Below are positions 1 to 13,332 of a DNA stretch of 64,000 bases, one piece after another (within the stretch, counting starts at the first letter, position 1; every line of letters begins with the position of its first letter). Position numbers and translations under genes: made by a program. The notes beneath the pieces were generated by a model, which saw only the letters and a list, made by a program, of their open reading frames with translations, did no database searches and was not told where the DNA came from. The DNA is from Azolla caroliniana. Its lineage: Eukaryota > Plantae > Polypodiophyta. The DNA lies in contig JBHGNT010000011.1 in the NCBI GenBank assembly GCA_043228905.1, positions 7,626,001 through 7,690,000 on the forward strand, written 5' to 3'.

Positions 1-3000
1 AGTACCGGAGTATCCATTTGACCGCGTTCCAGTGCTCCTTGCCAGGATTGCTCATAAACCGGCTCACCACTCCGACTGCGTATCCTATATCCGATCGGGT
101 ACACACCATTGCGTACATTAAGCTCCTGACGGCAGAGGTATATGGAACCTTCATCATATCAGCCTTCTCTGCTTTCGTCTTCGGGCTTTGCTTACCGGAT
201 AATCTGCAGTTTGTCGGGAGTGTCGATTCGACCTGTTTCGCTTCTAACATGTTGAACCGTTGAAGCACCTTTGTCACGTACTTCTCCTATGACAGCCACA
301 ATTGCTTCGTTGGACGGTTCCGGATGATATGCATCCCCAGCATCTGTCTTGCCGAACCCAAGTTTTTCATTGCGAAAGTTCGGTTGAGAGCCTTCTTCAA
401 CATCCGTATTCTGGCTTGGTCTCATCCGACGATCAACATGTCATCCACGTACAGAAGGAGTATCAGGAAGTCGCCTCCTTTAAACTTCTTCACAAACACG
501 CAGTGATCGGCCTGCGTCTTGTGGTACCCTTGATCGGTCATGAAGGAGTCGAACTTCCGGTACCATTGTCGGGGAGCCTGCTTCAGTCCGTACAGGCTCT
601 TCTTCAACCGGCATACCAGGTGCTCCTTCCCTTTCTCCACAAATCCTTCCGGTTGCTGCATGTAGATCTCCTCTTCAAGGTCACCGTGAAGGAATGTCGT
701 CTTCACGTCCAGCTGCTCTACCTTGAGGTCCATGCTTGCCGCTATACTCAGCACCGTCCAGATGGAGGTCATCTTTACTACCGGGGCAAATATCTCGTCG
801 AAGTCCACGCCCTTCTTCTGCTGGAACCCCTTCACCACAATCTTGGCTTTGTATCTCCCGGTTTCAACTTGTACACCCACTTGTTTCGGAGTGCCCGCTT
901 TCCTTTCGGCAACTCCACCAATTCGTACGTATGGTTCTCATGCAGGGACTCCATCTCATCTTGCATGGCACTTAACCATTTGTGGCTGTGGGCATCACTT
1001 TTAGCTTCCTCGAAGCTTTCTGGCTCCCCCTCATCGGTCAGCATCACATGCTCTACATCCGGAAATCTCTGGGGGGGCCTTCTCTCTTTGAGAGGATATC
1101 TCCGTCTTTGGGCTTCGGTAACGAGCTCCTCCATTTGCTCTTCATCCAAATCCAATTCGGGGTCTTGGCCGGTTCCGGTTTCAGCTTCCTCTACTTCTTC
1201 TTTTGCCGGTTCGGCATCCTCACCGTAACCGGCTGGTTCCTCGAGTGCTAACCGGTCTCTTGCCGGGTGGGTCTGCTCATCGTAGAATCGATCCTTACCG
1301 GTCGACTCGGAGTTCATTATCTTCTTCTCCGACTCCCAGTCGGCGAGCGTCTTGTCCTCCATGAAGATAATATCTCGACTCCGGAATACCTTCTTGTCAA
1401 CCGGGTCCCACACTCGATAGCCGAACTCATCGTCGCCGTAACCAAGGAATATGCATGGCCGGGTCTTTGGATCTAACTTTCCTCTCCGGTCCTTAGCTAC
1501 ATGCACGTACGCGAGAAACCCGAACACCTTCAGATGCCGGTAGGACACTTCCTTACCGGTCCATACTCTCTTCAGCGTGTCTCTGTCCAAGGGTACTGAG
1601 GGTGATCTGTTTATCACATATGTTGCCGTCGACAGTGCCTCAGCCCAAAACTTCTTGGGTAGTTTTGCATGCACCAGCATACTCTGGACCCTCTCCATTA
1701 TGGTCCGGTTCATCCTCTCAGCCAGCCCGTTTAGTTCCGGTGTCTTCGGCACGGTAAATTCGAGCCGGATTCCCTTCGAGCGACAATACTCCTCAAACTG
1801 CCCCCGGTATTCACCTCCGTTATTTGCTCGGACCGCCTTCAGCTTCTGGCCGGTTTCTCTTTCCACTCTCGCGTGGAGCTCTTTGAAGACGGATAGCACC
1901 TGATCCTTCGTCTTCAACGGTGTGGCCCACAGCTTCTGGCTGTGGTCATCTATGAATGTCACGAAGTACTGCAATCCGGCATGTGACTTCGTGTCGACTT
2001 GACATACATCAGTATGCACCAACTCCAGTGATGCATTACATCTCATCGGTGGCCTCGATCGGAAGGAGGTCCGGTTTTGTTTACCGGCCAGACAATCAAT
2101 GCACTTCTCCAAGTGCACTTTCTTCACTGGAATGAGGTTGGCGTCTGCAAGCCTCTTCATCCCCTTCTCGCTCATGTGACATAGCCTCTTGTGCCACAAC
2201 TCACCGGCTGTGTCGGAAGCCATGTTCACTTCTTCCGGGCATAACCGAGCATTCATCAGGTACAACGTGTTTACCTTCAGGGCCCGAGCCACAATCAGGT
2301 TTCCTTTGCTGAACTTCATAACACCGTTCCAGATGCTACCCATGTAGCCTTCATCATCTAGCCGACCGGTTGATATCAGGTTCAGACGAACCTCCGGAAC
2401 GTGTCAGACATCCTTCAGCAGCAGCTTGCATCCGGTTGGTGTTATCAACCACACGTTTCCTATGCCGACAATTCGGCATGTACCTTGATTCCCCATCCGG
2501 ACACAGCCGTGATCACCGGCTGAGTAGGATGAGAAGCATTTCCGGTCAGGGGTAAGGTGGAACGACGCTCCGGAGTCGACCACCCAGGTCATCTCGTCGC
2601 CAGCAAGGTTTAGCTCACTCTCCTCGGTGATGAGCATCAACTCTTCTTCACTTGCCGCGATTGCCGTCGTTCCCTTCCGGGCGGCCCCATTTGGTCTTTA
2701 CCGTTCTGGTCCGGTGTCCGCTTCGAATCGGTACCGTCAGTTTCCTTGTCTTTTCAGAAGTGCCGACATTTCTTCTGGAAGTGTCCCGACTTGCCGCAAT
2801 AGAAGCAAGTAGGCCTCCCCCTTGACTTTGACCGTGTCCCCGACTTTTCCTGGTTTTGGGGGCTACGGTTCCTTTGTCTTCCGCGTTCCGATTCGGTAAG
2901 GAGCGCTTTGGAGTCGGAGCTCGTATCCTTATCTTTTCGATGCGCCTCCTCATCTAGCAAGCTCGACTTCACTCTTGCTAGGGATAACCGTTTCCCTTCC

Positions 3001-3500
3001 GGCCCGGCGTTGCCCAAGGTGACAACCAACGTCTCCCAGCTATCTGGGAGGGAACCGAGCAAGAGTAGCGCTAGTACCTCATCGGCTAGAGGTACTTCCA
3101 ATGATGTTGCCTGGTGGATCAGCCCCTGGAAGGTGTTCATGTGCTCCGCCATGTTGGAGCCATCTTGGTATCGAAGTCTTACTAGCTTCCGAAATACCGA
3201 AACCTGATTAACAACATTTTTGTTTTGAAACATAATGTCGATCTTCTCCCAGAGCTCATGAGCCTTGCTCTCTTCATTGAAGTTGTTGTATAGACTCATG
3301 TCGATGAAGCACTGGATGTAAGCCGTTGTCTTCATGTGCATCACCTCCCATATCGTGGCGTTGATTTTGTCTGGTTTCTTGTCCCCGAACTGAACCGGCA
3401 ACCAAAGATCTTTAACCATAAGCATGTCCCTCATCTTCGATTTCCACACGGAATAGTTGGAGCCGGTGAGCTTGAACATGCCTCCCAACGATTCGTCCAT
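1..3500 (-). pseudogene. gag-pol of copia A, disrupted by frameshifts
   Basis: ORFs 2754-3572 (gag from ATG at 3500, CFYCGKSGHFQKKC knuckle), 2404-2640 (WVVDSGAS protease), 832-2343 (HHCC zinc finger, DDE integrase, GYGDDEFGY) and 422-880 (RT: QLDVKT..FLHG, LYGLKQAPR, YVDDM). Confidence 0.92.
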
Positions 3501-3515
3501 TTTCTGTGTCGTTTC

Positions 3516-3527
3516 GCTCTGATACCA
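3516..3527 (-). promoter_or_regulatory. Primer-binding site (tRNA-iMet) of copia A
   Basis: TGGTATCAGAGC on the minus strand, 3 nt inside the LTR end. Confidence 0.9.
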
Positions 3528-3530
3528 CTT

Positions 3531-4253
3531 TGACAGGAACACATGCTCCGGATGAACAACACTCGGCCACAACCGAGCTTAGGATAAAACACAAAAAACG
3601 GGTAATGAATGCACGACACAATGAAGAGAAGAGTATGTAGGATATTAACGTGGAAAACCCCAAAGCAGGGAAAAACCACGGCAACCCACAGACTGCAAAC
3701 TATCACTATATCAGAATGTACAATAGTAAAGCACCGAAGCAATGACCTTGAGCTTTCTATCTTCGCCACAGGTGGCGGTTACAACAGAGGCAACGACCTC
3801 TTCCACTCTCTCACTCTCTCTGTACACAATTACGCGCTCTAATCTTGCACCAACAAGAATGACAACAGGTACTAAGTTTGCCCTAAGTCATATTTATACT
3901 AATATGACTTTTCGGCTATTTACAAATATAGCCCCGATGGACTCTCAGAAACATATTTACGAATATGTCCCTTCATCCGGTGAGCACTCCTCACCAGGCC
4001 TGCATCATCCGGCGCTTTCCGGGCACACATCATCCGGTTCTCACCGGGTCTTCCGTTGCCGGGTACTCCACATCCGGTTTCTCATCGGGTCTTCCGTTGC
4101 CGGGTACTCCACATCCGATTCTCACCGGGTCTTCCGTTGCCAGGTACTCCACATCCGGTTCTCACCGGGTCTTCCGTTGCCGGGTACTCCACATCCGGAT
4201 TCCAACATCATTGTTCTTTTTACTTCCCGTCCGGAGGGACCTGTTTCCTAACA
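3531..4253 (-). repeat. 5' LTR of copia A
   Basis: TGACA...AACA termini, adjacent to the PBS; homologous to solo LTR 11003-11972. Confidence 0.9.
4031..4200. repeat. ~40-bp tandem repeat (CATCCGGTTCTCACCGGGTCTTCCGTTGCCGGGTACTCCA) inside LTR A
   Basis: About 4 near-identical units read directly from the sequence. Confidence 0.9.
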
Positions 4254-4785
4254 GATGCGTAGTTGGATCGGTCGAGCTTCTCCACCGGGAGCGAGCTAGC
4301 CATTCCTCTATCCATATTTTTTTTTTTGTTCTTTACAAAGGTTAGGTTTTCTTCTTGCAAAAGCAAATGTCGGCTGTAGAGGTTCTCAACCCTCGTGCTC
4401 TTGATACCATGTAGAAACAAATAGTGTGCGGAAGCAATAGAAAATAGAAAGCAGAAAACAGGTTTAATGGAGAGCTTAACAGTACGCGGGAGAGACAGAG
4501 ACAGAGACAGAGCACACAGAAAACTCAATTCAAAAAATACTACTCAATCTTTACATCATATGTGTTCAGTGAACACTTTTATACAAGTCCATCCGGACTG
4601 ACAGAAGTACGGTGTACTTCAATGCTCACACGAGCGTCTGACACTAACTACAAGATATTAACTCCCTAGTAGGCTAGCTGCTACTTGGCTTCCGGTTACT
4701 GCTTGATCCAGCTAACCGGCTCCCCAACTCACCGGCTCACCCTTCTGGATGGCGATCCAGATCCGGTTGAGCTTGCCGCTCAACA
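4254..4785 (-). mobile_element. 5' end of copia B (LTR 4410-4785, PBS 4397-4409, first gag codons); same family as E and F
   Basis: gag start MDRGMASSLPVEKLDRSNYAS is cut by element A; LTR resembles those of E and F; B sits in the integrase C-terminus of element C. Confidence 0.88.
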
Positions 4786-7476
4786 GATACATTCCTCCGA
4801 CTTCGTGTCGGGCTTCTGTCGTTGTTCGTTCAGGATGCGTACATTCGCAATGCTTCCGAGCACCTTGAGGTGCGACAGGATCAGTTTCCTTCTGGCGAGG
4901 AGCTCGTATGGAGTTAGCTCATGGAATCCATTGGTGGTGCACCGGTTCATGAGATAGACGGCCGTGGATGCCGCTTCGGCCCAATAAAAGTTCGGCATGT
5001 GCTTCTCATGCATCATGGCGTGTGCTACCTCGAGTATTTGCCGATTCTTCCTTTCGGCTACTCCATTTTGTTGGGGTGTGTGTCGACACAAGAGTTCTCT
5101 TTGAATACCTTAAGTTTGGAGGTAGGAGGTGAATTCATCGGAGAAGTACTCCTTGCCTCCATCCAATCGTAGGCATCGAATGTGCTGATCAATTTCTTTT
5201 TCGAATTGCCCCTTTTCGCTTTTGGAAGTGGGGGAGCACTTCGCTTTTCTTCTTTATCGAGTAGATCCACGCGTAGCGGGATTAGTCGTCGATGAAGGTT
5301 ACGTAGTATCGGCATCCGCCGATCATCGGTGTTTGAGCCGGTCCCCATACATCCGAGTGTATGACGTCGAGGAGGCCATTGCCTGCGTGGCTCTCCTTCG
5401 GGAATGGGAGTCGACGTTGTTTGCCGAGTTGACACGCTTCGCATACTCGGTCTACTCGTTTCGACTCGAATTTCGGAAGTCCGATGAAGACTCCCTTGGT
5501 TTGCATTGCTCGAAGCCGTTGGAGGTTTATGTGGCCGATTCTCTTGTGCCACAACTTGATGCTTGTCTTGGTTTTGAGACCTTTGGCGTACATTGCCGAT
5601 TTCACCTCGTTCGAATCGAGGATGAACATTCGGCCATCTCTCCGCCCCTTCGCTATGAGTTGGTCATCTGTCTTGATGAAACAACCTTTGTTGTTGAAGC
5701 GGACTTGCATGCCTTGCTCCACGATTTGGCCAACGGAAACCAAATTCTTCGTTATTGTGGGCACGTGCAAGACATTCTTGATGCAAGTTTGTTCGCCTTC
5801 TTTCTCGAATGGGACATTGCCGATGTGTCGAATGGGGTGCGTGGTGTCGTTTCCCACCTCTATGAAGCCGGGCCGATCTGGCGTTCGTAAATCACTAAAC
5901 CACTCTTCGTGAGATGTCATGTGATGTGAGGCGCCGGAATCGACGAACCACACGTCTTCCGAGTTGGAGATGCTTGTGGAGTTGGAGGCCGTCATAGAGT
6001 TCGCTCTATGCCTCATTACGAATAGTCTGCCGTAATCATCGTATTCAGAGTTGATGGCGTAATTCATGTGTTATCGACTTGTCGACGCCGACTCGCTTCT
6101 TTTCTTCCGACATTCTGCCTCATAGTGGCCGATTTTGCTACAATAATTGCAAGTTGCTGGCCTCGTTTGCTAACCTTGTTCGGCTTGGAAGCTCCCCCTT
6201 CTTTCGAAGGTTCCTCCATGGCTTCCTCTTCTACCGCCACGACCTCTTCCATGACCACCGTTCGAATTCGAGAAGAAAATTTGTCCTTCCGGTGCCTTGC
6301 TTTTGGTTCGGATGTGGTTTTTCTTCAACCATTAACATCGATTGGAGGTCGAAGAACGAAGGAGGGTTATCTCTCGCCAAGATTGCCGTTCATAGTGAAT
6401 CAAATCGTTGTGCAAGGCCTCCCAAGTATACTTGAACCATCTCGTCGTCGACGACGTTTATGTTGATGGAGACAAGAGAGTCACAAATGCTCTTGATTTT
6501 GGCGGTGTAGTCCGACACGAACATATCTTTTTGCTGAATGTTATTCAACTCTTGACGGAGTTGAAGTTTGCGGGCGGTCGTGTTGGCGGCGAACATTTTC
6601 TTTAAGTTCTCCCACGCCTCTTTAGGCGTCTTGGCATCTCAAATGTGGCTAAGCATGTGGTCGTGGACACATGTTGCCAAGCAATACATTACCCGATTCG
6701 CTCCTTTCTCCCATGTTGGGTAGTTGGCGTTTGTGTTGTCGGGCTTGTTCTCGAGTGCGTCGTTGATGTAGTTCCAATACCCTTGGCCGACGAGGTATTG
6801 GGTCATCTTGTACTCCCAAGATGAATAATTGCTCCAGTCTAGCTTTTCGCTAGGGAGCGAGCTACCCATTTGTGTGTTCATGTTGTTTTGTGTCTTCCTT
6901 GTTGGCTCTTCTTTCTTCGATCACGTACTTGTGCTACGTAGCAGCACTACGGTAGCCGATAGCCGGATTTTGTCTTTGGTGTCTTGAGCACACAATCACG
7001 AAGTTGGGTGGGCTTAGTGGATTTTCTAAACCACATGCTCTAATACCATGTTAAGACTTAGGTAGGTAATTAAGAGTTAATTAGTACCTAATTATGTGAT
7101 TAGTTGATAAGCGAAAGATTATGTGATATGTGTGTGAGAGGAAGAGAGAGAGAGAGAGACTTATGAACAACACAAGATGGGGGATGAGTAAACTAGAGTG
7201 TATATAATAAAACATCATTAAATACAAAAATACCCACAATGAGGTATATATACATCTCATGTGCAAAGGTGCACATGTGTGAGTAGAATATAGGTACTAT
7301 TGTGTAAGTCCTATATTAAATGTACTTAGGAGTGGAGGATCTAGAATATCCCACTTAAGTACAAGGTCTTATTTAAGGCGTTATAGTCAATACTTCTAAC
7401 TAGATTCTATCTAGGTAACTACGAAGTTACATTGTTGGCGAACTAACTAAACTAAATTGAGCTTGATCTCTCAACA
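4786..7476 (-). mobile_element. Copia C, 5' half (LTR 7049-7476, PBS 7037-7048, degenerate gag-PR-INT 4786-6881)
   Basis: gag MNTQMGSSLPSEKLD, WFVDSGASHHM protease, LWHKRIGH..CEAC zinc finger, TPQQNGVAERKNR integrase; TG..CA LTR. Confidence 0.9.
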
Positions 7477-7586
7477 ACACTCTTCTTTCTTCCTCTCACA
7501 TTCAACTTCTGAGCAATGGCACTCACACAAACACTACTGTGTTTTCTCTCAATCGTTCTCTATGTCACAACAACCTTGCAACACAT

Positions 7587-7590
<4 letters not shown>

Positions 7591-7632
<42 letters not shown>
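7591..7632. repeat. (AT)n microsatellite
   Basis: About 21 AT units. Confidence 0.95.
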
Positions 7633-7634
<2 letters not shown>

Positions 7635-8397
7635 TTAGACACTCACTTTTCACTTAAGTTCACTTTTGCGCCTTCTTTCACTGTTTTTTTCTCTCAGTGA
7701 GTTATCCCACATACAAACGCAACTAGTTCGACTCTCACTATATATACTAGCTCATCTCATTCACATAAATATGAACACACACACACACACATGTATATAT
7801 GCATATGTTTGTCTGAAGTTCTATTAGGTTGACTCCCATTCGATCGATTTTGGTCAGTCGACTCATTTCGGCTTCTCAACCAATTTCAGCCAGCTGACTC
7901 CCCCACAAGGAGGGACTATCTACATAATAAGAAGTTCAGTAAATATATAAATATATAGCTATTTTAAATAAAGACGGTCCTGTTCATGAGGGAGAAATGT
8001 TACATGAAGTGGTCGAATTTGGTCTTGTGTTCTTTCAGTAATATTAGGTCTCATGTCCATATCTTCTTTAGGTTTAAAGTTCATAGTTTTCTTTTGGTTA
8101 GGTTTGATATATGTTTCTGATTTAGATAGTTAAATTCATGGAAAATAATATATAGCTTCTGAAATTAGAGAAGGAATGAAGAATAAGCATAATCTCTAGA
8201 CGTAGCGGAGAAAGGCAGGAGATTCATTCATTTATGGAAGACTAAGACTCATTGATTGATGGGCAAATTTTGTTAGCTGTAGCCTTAATCATAACAATGG
8301 TTCTAGAAGAATCCATTTGCCTAAAATTTGTTCAGTCTGAAAGATCAAAGTCTTATCAGTTGTGTCAGCCAAATTAGTTGCTAAATGTTTCAGTTTT

Positions 8398-9372
8398 CTA
8401 AGTACAAGAATTGATAGCATCAAACGTGACGAAGATGATGATCATGCTGCTAATCAACAAGGGTTCCTTTCGTCTCTTATCAGTCGATTGCAGCGGAACC
8501 ACATTTTTCGGAAGTGGTATGAATTTTGCGACCAAAGCCAGCGGCCAACTTATGAACACAATCACCATACTTATCACCCAATACTTCCATGGTAGCTTAA
8601 CTGTAGATGCAAATTCTTTTAGGCACTCAACTATGATGATCTCCAACACCATGGTAGTGCCCACAATCCCAATAAAGAGCCTATTGGTCGTAATCCCTTG
8701 GAACACATTCTTATCTTCGAGGTTTCTCACATTTACTTCATTGAAAATCTGGCAAAACACAAAGCCATTGAAGATGACTATGCGCCACATTCACAATCAA
8801 ATGGAATCGATCTGCCCCATCTCACCACTTTCACGGTCGAAGCAAAATTATCGTCCATAATGACAATGCCGGACCTTTCTTTCACAACTTCGGTACCTTG
8901 GATGCCCATGGACAAACCTATATTAGCTTTTTGCATGGCCAGGGCATCATTCCTACCATCTCTTGTCATGGTCACGACCTCCCCCATCTCTCGCAATGTA
9001 GTCACCATCAATAGTTTATCTGATGGAAATTATCTGATGGAATACAAGTGGAATTCGCTTCCTTCTATGGCAATACCATCCACATCGTGGAGAATCCCAC
9101 ACTCTAGAGCTATGGCTTTAGCTGTGGTGATGTTGTCTCCCGTCACCATTCTGACCTTAATCCCAACTGCTTGGCATTGTTCCACAACTTGTCGAACCTC
9201 GGGCCAGCAAGGATCTTTGATCTTGATGATTGCAAGAAGAGTGAGAGGACCTGTTGGCATCTCCCATTCTGCTATATTTTGGTCCTCCATGGGAATATTG
9301 CTAGAATCCACTTGCATGTGTGTGAGTGCTATGCATCACAAGCTTTGAGAAGCCATCACTTCAATGCTCTTC
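8398..9372 (-). pseudogene. ACA: P2B-type autoinhibited Ca2+-ATPase pseudogene, 3' part (P domain and last transmembrane helices); intronless, with internal deletions
   Basis: IKDPC.PEV..AVGIKVRMVTGDNITTAKAIALECGIL; degenerate TGDGTNDAPAL (TRDGRNDALA); MGIQGTEV..DDNFASTVKVVRWGRS; IFNGFVFCQIFNEVN; stops and frameshifts present. Confidence 0.9.
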
Positions 9373-9409
9373 TGTAGAGAAAAGAAGAGAATGAGTAATA
9401 GAAAGAGAC

Positions 9410-9442
<33 letters not shown>

Positions 9443-9599
9443 AAAACAATTATATTATTACGCCCCAACTATTACATCATTGGTGGTGGCTTTATAAGCC
9501 CACCACCGATACAGTTACGGTTTCCTTCTCATGAAGGAAACCATATTCCTAAGATTAATAACTATTTATTTTTGCTTATAATTATTATTATTTTCCACA
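9373..9599 (-). repeat. 3' LTR of copia D
   Basis: TGTAG...TCCACA termini; its right half matches 38902-38992. Confidence 0.85.
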
Positions 9600-9619
9600 C
9601 TTCCCCCTACGAGAATTTT

Positions 9620-11002
9620 TTTAGAAGTGTAGATTTTCATCTTTGTCTTCGATTACATCAATTAATCCAACTTGCTTGCAACAAATAATGTGCTTAGAAT
9701 GTTGAAGAGGTTTCGTTAGAAAATCAACCCACATTTGATGAGTGGGAGCAAACTTTAACTATATCTTCTTTGTTTCAATGAGATCGCAAAGAAAATGATG
9801 TTTTAAGTCCACATGACGTATATTGTCGCTCATCTTCGGATTGTTGGCTAACTTGATGCAAGATTGATTATCGCAAAACAAAGTCATTGTTGGAATAGTA
9901 AATAGTTTAAATTCTTCAAGCATAGCTTTAATCCATATGCCTTCTTTAGCCGCTAAAGCCGGGGCAACATATTCAGCTTCGGTGGATGACAATGCTACGG
10001 TAGTTTGTTTCTTTGACTTCCACGAAATTGCAATGCCAGCTAGTATGTAAACATAGCCACCTGTTGACTTGCGATTGTCCACATCTCCCCCCCAATCTGA
10101 GTCCGACTAGCCAATTAGTTGGCTAGAGGGATTTGTCCATCCTTGCACAAGTGTAGTTGACTCAGATTGTGTGGCCAAGTAAGTCAACGCATAATGTTGA
10201 GTATGCTTCAAGTATCGTAGTAATCTTTTGAGCACGATCCAATCCTTTGGTTCTGGATTAGCCATGAAACGAGAAAGAAAACCGCCAACAAAGCAAATAT
10301 CGGGACGTGTGCAATTTACAAAATATCTTATACACCCAAGAATTTGTTTATAAGGTACATCCTTCATTTCGGAAATGTCTCATTCATTTTTGGGAGAATC
10401 ATCATTTGAAAGTTTACATGGAGAGGTAAGAGGAGTACTAATAGTCTTACTATGGAGCATATCAAATCTTTGGAGGATAGAATTAATATAATTTGATTGT
10501 GATAATGAGATAGTATGATTTGTTCTATTTTGAGTTATTTTGATGCCTAGAAAATGTGTCATAGGGCCTAAATCGGTGATAGGAAAGACATATGCAAGTT
10601 CCTTCTTTGCAATAGTTAGATAAGATTTGGAATTAGAGATCAAGGGCAAATCATCAACATAGACACCTATGATAACAAAATTGGATTTGGCTTTTCTAAC
10701 ATATATATTTGGCTCATTGTTTAGACGATGATGTCCAACTTTTATAAGAAAAGAGTGTTGTTTGTGATACCATATGCGTGGAGATTGCTTAAGGCTGTAA
10801 ATAGATTTACGAAGTCGACAAACATGTGTTGGATGACTTGGATCTTCAAAAAATTGTGGTTGTAGAAAATAAAGTTCTTCATCTAAATCTCCATGAAGAA
10901 AAGCCATTTGTACATCCAAGTGATGCAACTCTAGATCATGTTGAGCAGCAAGAGCAACGAGCATTCGAAAACCACATATTTTTAGCATTGGACTAAATGT
11001 AT
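9620..11002 (-). pseudogene. RT and RNase H of copia D
   Basis: HHLDVQMAFLHG, IYSLKQSPR, YVDDL; DSDWGG..RKSTGGY, SWKSKKQTTVALSSTEAEY. Confidence 0.9.
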
Positions 11003-11275
11003 TGACAGGAATACACGTTCCCGATGAACAACGCTCGGCCACAACCAAGCTTAGAACAAAACACAGAAAATGGGAATGAATGCCGACACAATGGAGAGAA
11101 GAGTACACAGGATGTTTACGTGGAAAACCCCAAACACGGGGAAAAAACCACGATAGTCCACTGACTACTAACTATCACTATGTAACAATATACAATAGAT
11201 GAACACAGAGGCAACGACCTCTTGTTCACTATCTTCACCACAAGCGGCGGTTACAACAAAGAAACGAACTCTTCG

Positions 11276-11357
<82 letters not shown>

Positions 11358-11972
11358 TCTCTCTCTCTCTCGCTCTTTGTACACTGATGCACTCTCACAA
11401 TCGCGATGACAATGACAACCACACCCATTTTTTTTCCACTAAGTTTGCCCTAAGTCATATTTATACTAAAATGACATTTCGGCTATTTACAAATATAGCC
11501 CCGATGGACTCTCAGAAACATATTTACGAATATGTCCCTTCATCCGGTGAGCACTCCTCACCGGGCCTGCATCATCCGGCGCTTGCCGGGTACACCTCAT
11601 CCGGTTCACACCGGGTCTTCCGAAGCCGGGTACTCCTCATCCGGTTCACACCGGGTCTTCCGTAGTCGGGTACTCCTCATCCGGCTCTCACCGGGTCTTC
11701 ACCATCTGACTCTTGCTAAGTACTCCTCATCCGGCTCTCACCGGGTCTTCACCATCCGGCTCCTGTCGGGTACTCGTCATTCGGCTCTCACCGGGTCTTC
11801 ACCATCCGGCTCTTGCCGGGTACTCGTCATCCGGCTCTCACCGGGTCTTCACCATCCGGCTCTTGCCGGGTACTTGTCATCTTGTTTCAGCTTCAGCCTA
11901 TCGGCCTCGGCCGAGTTTGCTCATCAACACTGTTCTTCTCACTTCCCATCCGGAGGGACCTGTCTCTCAACA
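11003..11972 (-). repeat. Solo LTR of copia family A inserted in RT of D; TSD TGTAT
   Basis: Homologous to 3531-4253; TGTAT at 10998-11002 and 11973-11977; contains a (CT)n run and CCGG-rich tandem units. Confidence 0.92.
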
Positions 11973-12325
11973 TGTATCTTGAAAATGAATACTTGGTACT
12001 TGAGAAAATCCTCGAGCAACAACACGATCCTTGAAGTGAATTGGATTACCATTACTATCTCGCTTTATGCGTAAGACCCATTTATGTAGAAAGTAGCATG
12101 CGGAAGCAAGTATGAAGACCGAACAGAAGGAAGGAAAAACAGGTTTAATGGAGAGCTTGAGCTTACACGGTATACGCAGGAGAGACAGAGAGAGAAACAC
12201 AAAAAACTATATTCAACAATAATACTCAATCTCTGTACATAAGACGTGCTCAATGAGCACTTTTATACAAGTCCTAGAAGGACTGACCGAAGTACTGACA
12301 ATACTTCAATGCTCATCAAGAGCCC

Positions 12326-12374
<49 letters not shown>

Positions 12375-13332
12375 CTTTGTACACTGATGCACTCTCACAA
12401 TCGCGATGACAATGACAACCACACCCATTTTTTTTCCACTAAGTTTGCCCTAAGTCATATTTATACTAAAATGACATTTCGGCTATTTACAAATATAGCC
12501 CCGATGGACTCTCAGAAACATATTTACGAATATGTCCCTTCATCCGGTGAGCACTCCTCACCGGGCCTGCATCATCCGGCGCTTGCCGGGTACACCTCAT
12601 CCGGTTCACACCGGGTCTTCCGAAGCCGGGTACTCCTCATCCGGTTCACACCGGGTCTTCCGTAGTCGGGTACTCCTCATCCGGCTCTCACCGGGTCTTC
12701 ACCATCTGACTCTTGCTAAGTACTCCTCATCCGGCTCTCACCGGGTCTTCACCATCCGGCTCCTGTCGGGTACTCGTCATTCGGCTCTCACCGGGTCTTC
12801 ACCATCCGGCTCTTGCCGGGTACTCGTCATCCGGCTCTCACCGGGTCTTCACCATCCGGCTCTTGCCGGGTACTTGTCATCTTGTTTCAGCTTCAGCCTA
12901 TCGGCCTCGGCCGAGTTTGCTCATCAACACTGTTCTTCTCACTTCCCATCCGGAGGGACCTGTCTCTCAACATGTATCTTGAAAATGAATACTTGGTACT
13001 TGAGAAAATCCTCGAGCAACAACACGATCCTTGAAGTGAATTGGATTACCATTACTATCTCGCTTTATGCGTAAGACCCATTTATGTAGAAAGTAGCATG
13101 CGGAAGCAAGTATGAAGACCGAACAGAAGGAAGGAAAAACAGGTTTAATGGAGAGCTTGAGCTTACACGGTATACGCAGGAGAGACAGAGAGAGAAACAC
13201 AAAAAACTATATTCAACAATAATACTCAATCTCTGTACATAAGACGTGCTCAATGAGCACTTTTATACAAGTCCTAGAAGGACTGACCGAAGTACTGACA
13301 ATACTTCAATGCTCATCAAGAGCCCCTACTCT
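11353..13332. repeat. Tandem duplication with a 1000-bp period
   Basis: 11353-12332 appears identical to 12353-13332; identical ORFs offset by exactly 1000; junction lies in a CT run. Confidence 0.93.

Larger units (their letters stand above)
1..4253 (-). mobile_element. Ty1/copia LTR retrotransposon A (Tnt1/Tork-like); 3' end lies outside the window; inserted into gag of copia B
   Basis: Domain order gag-PR-INT-RT on the minus strand; Met PBS at 3516-3527; 5' LTR 3531-4253 with TG..CA ends; gag of element B resumes at 4254. Confidence 0.93.

Noticed and set aside
302-1228. 308-aa plus-strand ORF, and similar ORFs at 5222-5890, 16718-17611 and 27826-28644
   Set aside because: Antisense shadows of GC-rich copia pol; no independent protein signal.
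7840-8010. GACTC repeats and a purine run followed by TGTTAC, a possible LTR start
   Set aside because: No second LTR, TSD or coding evidence.
11168-11665. ORFs with ER/SL dipeptide runs
   Set aside because: Translations of the (CT)n microsatellite in the solo LTR.
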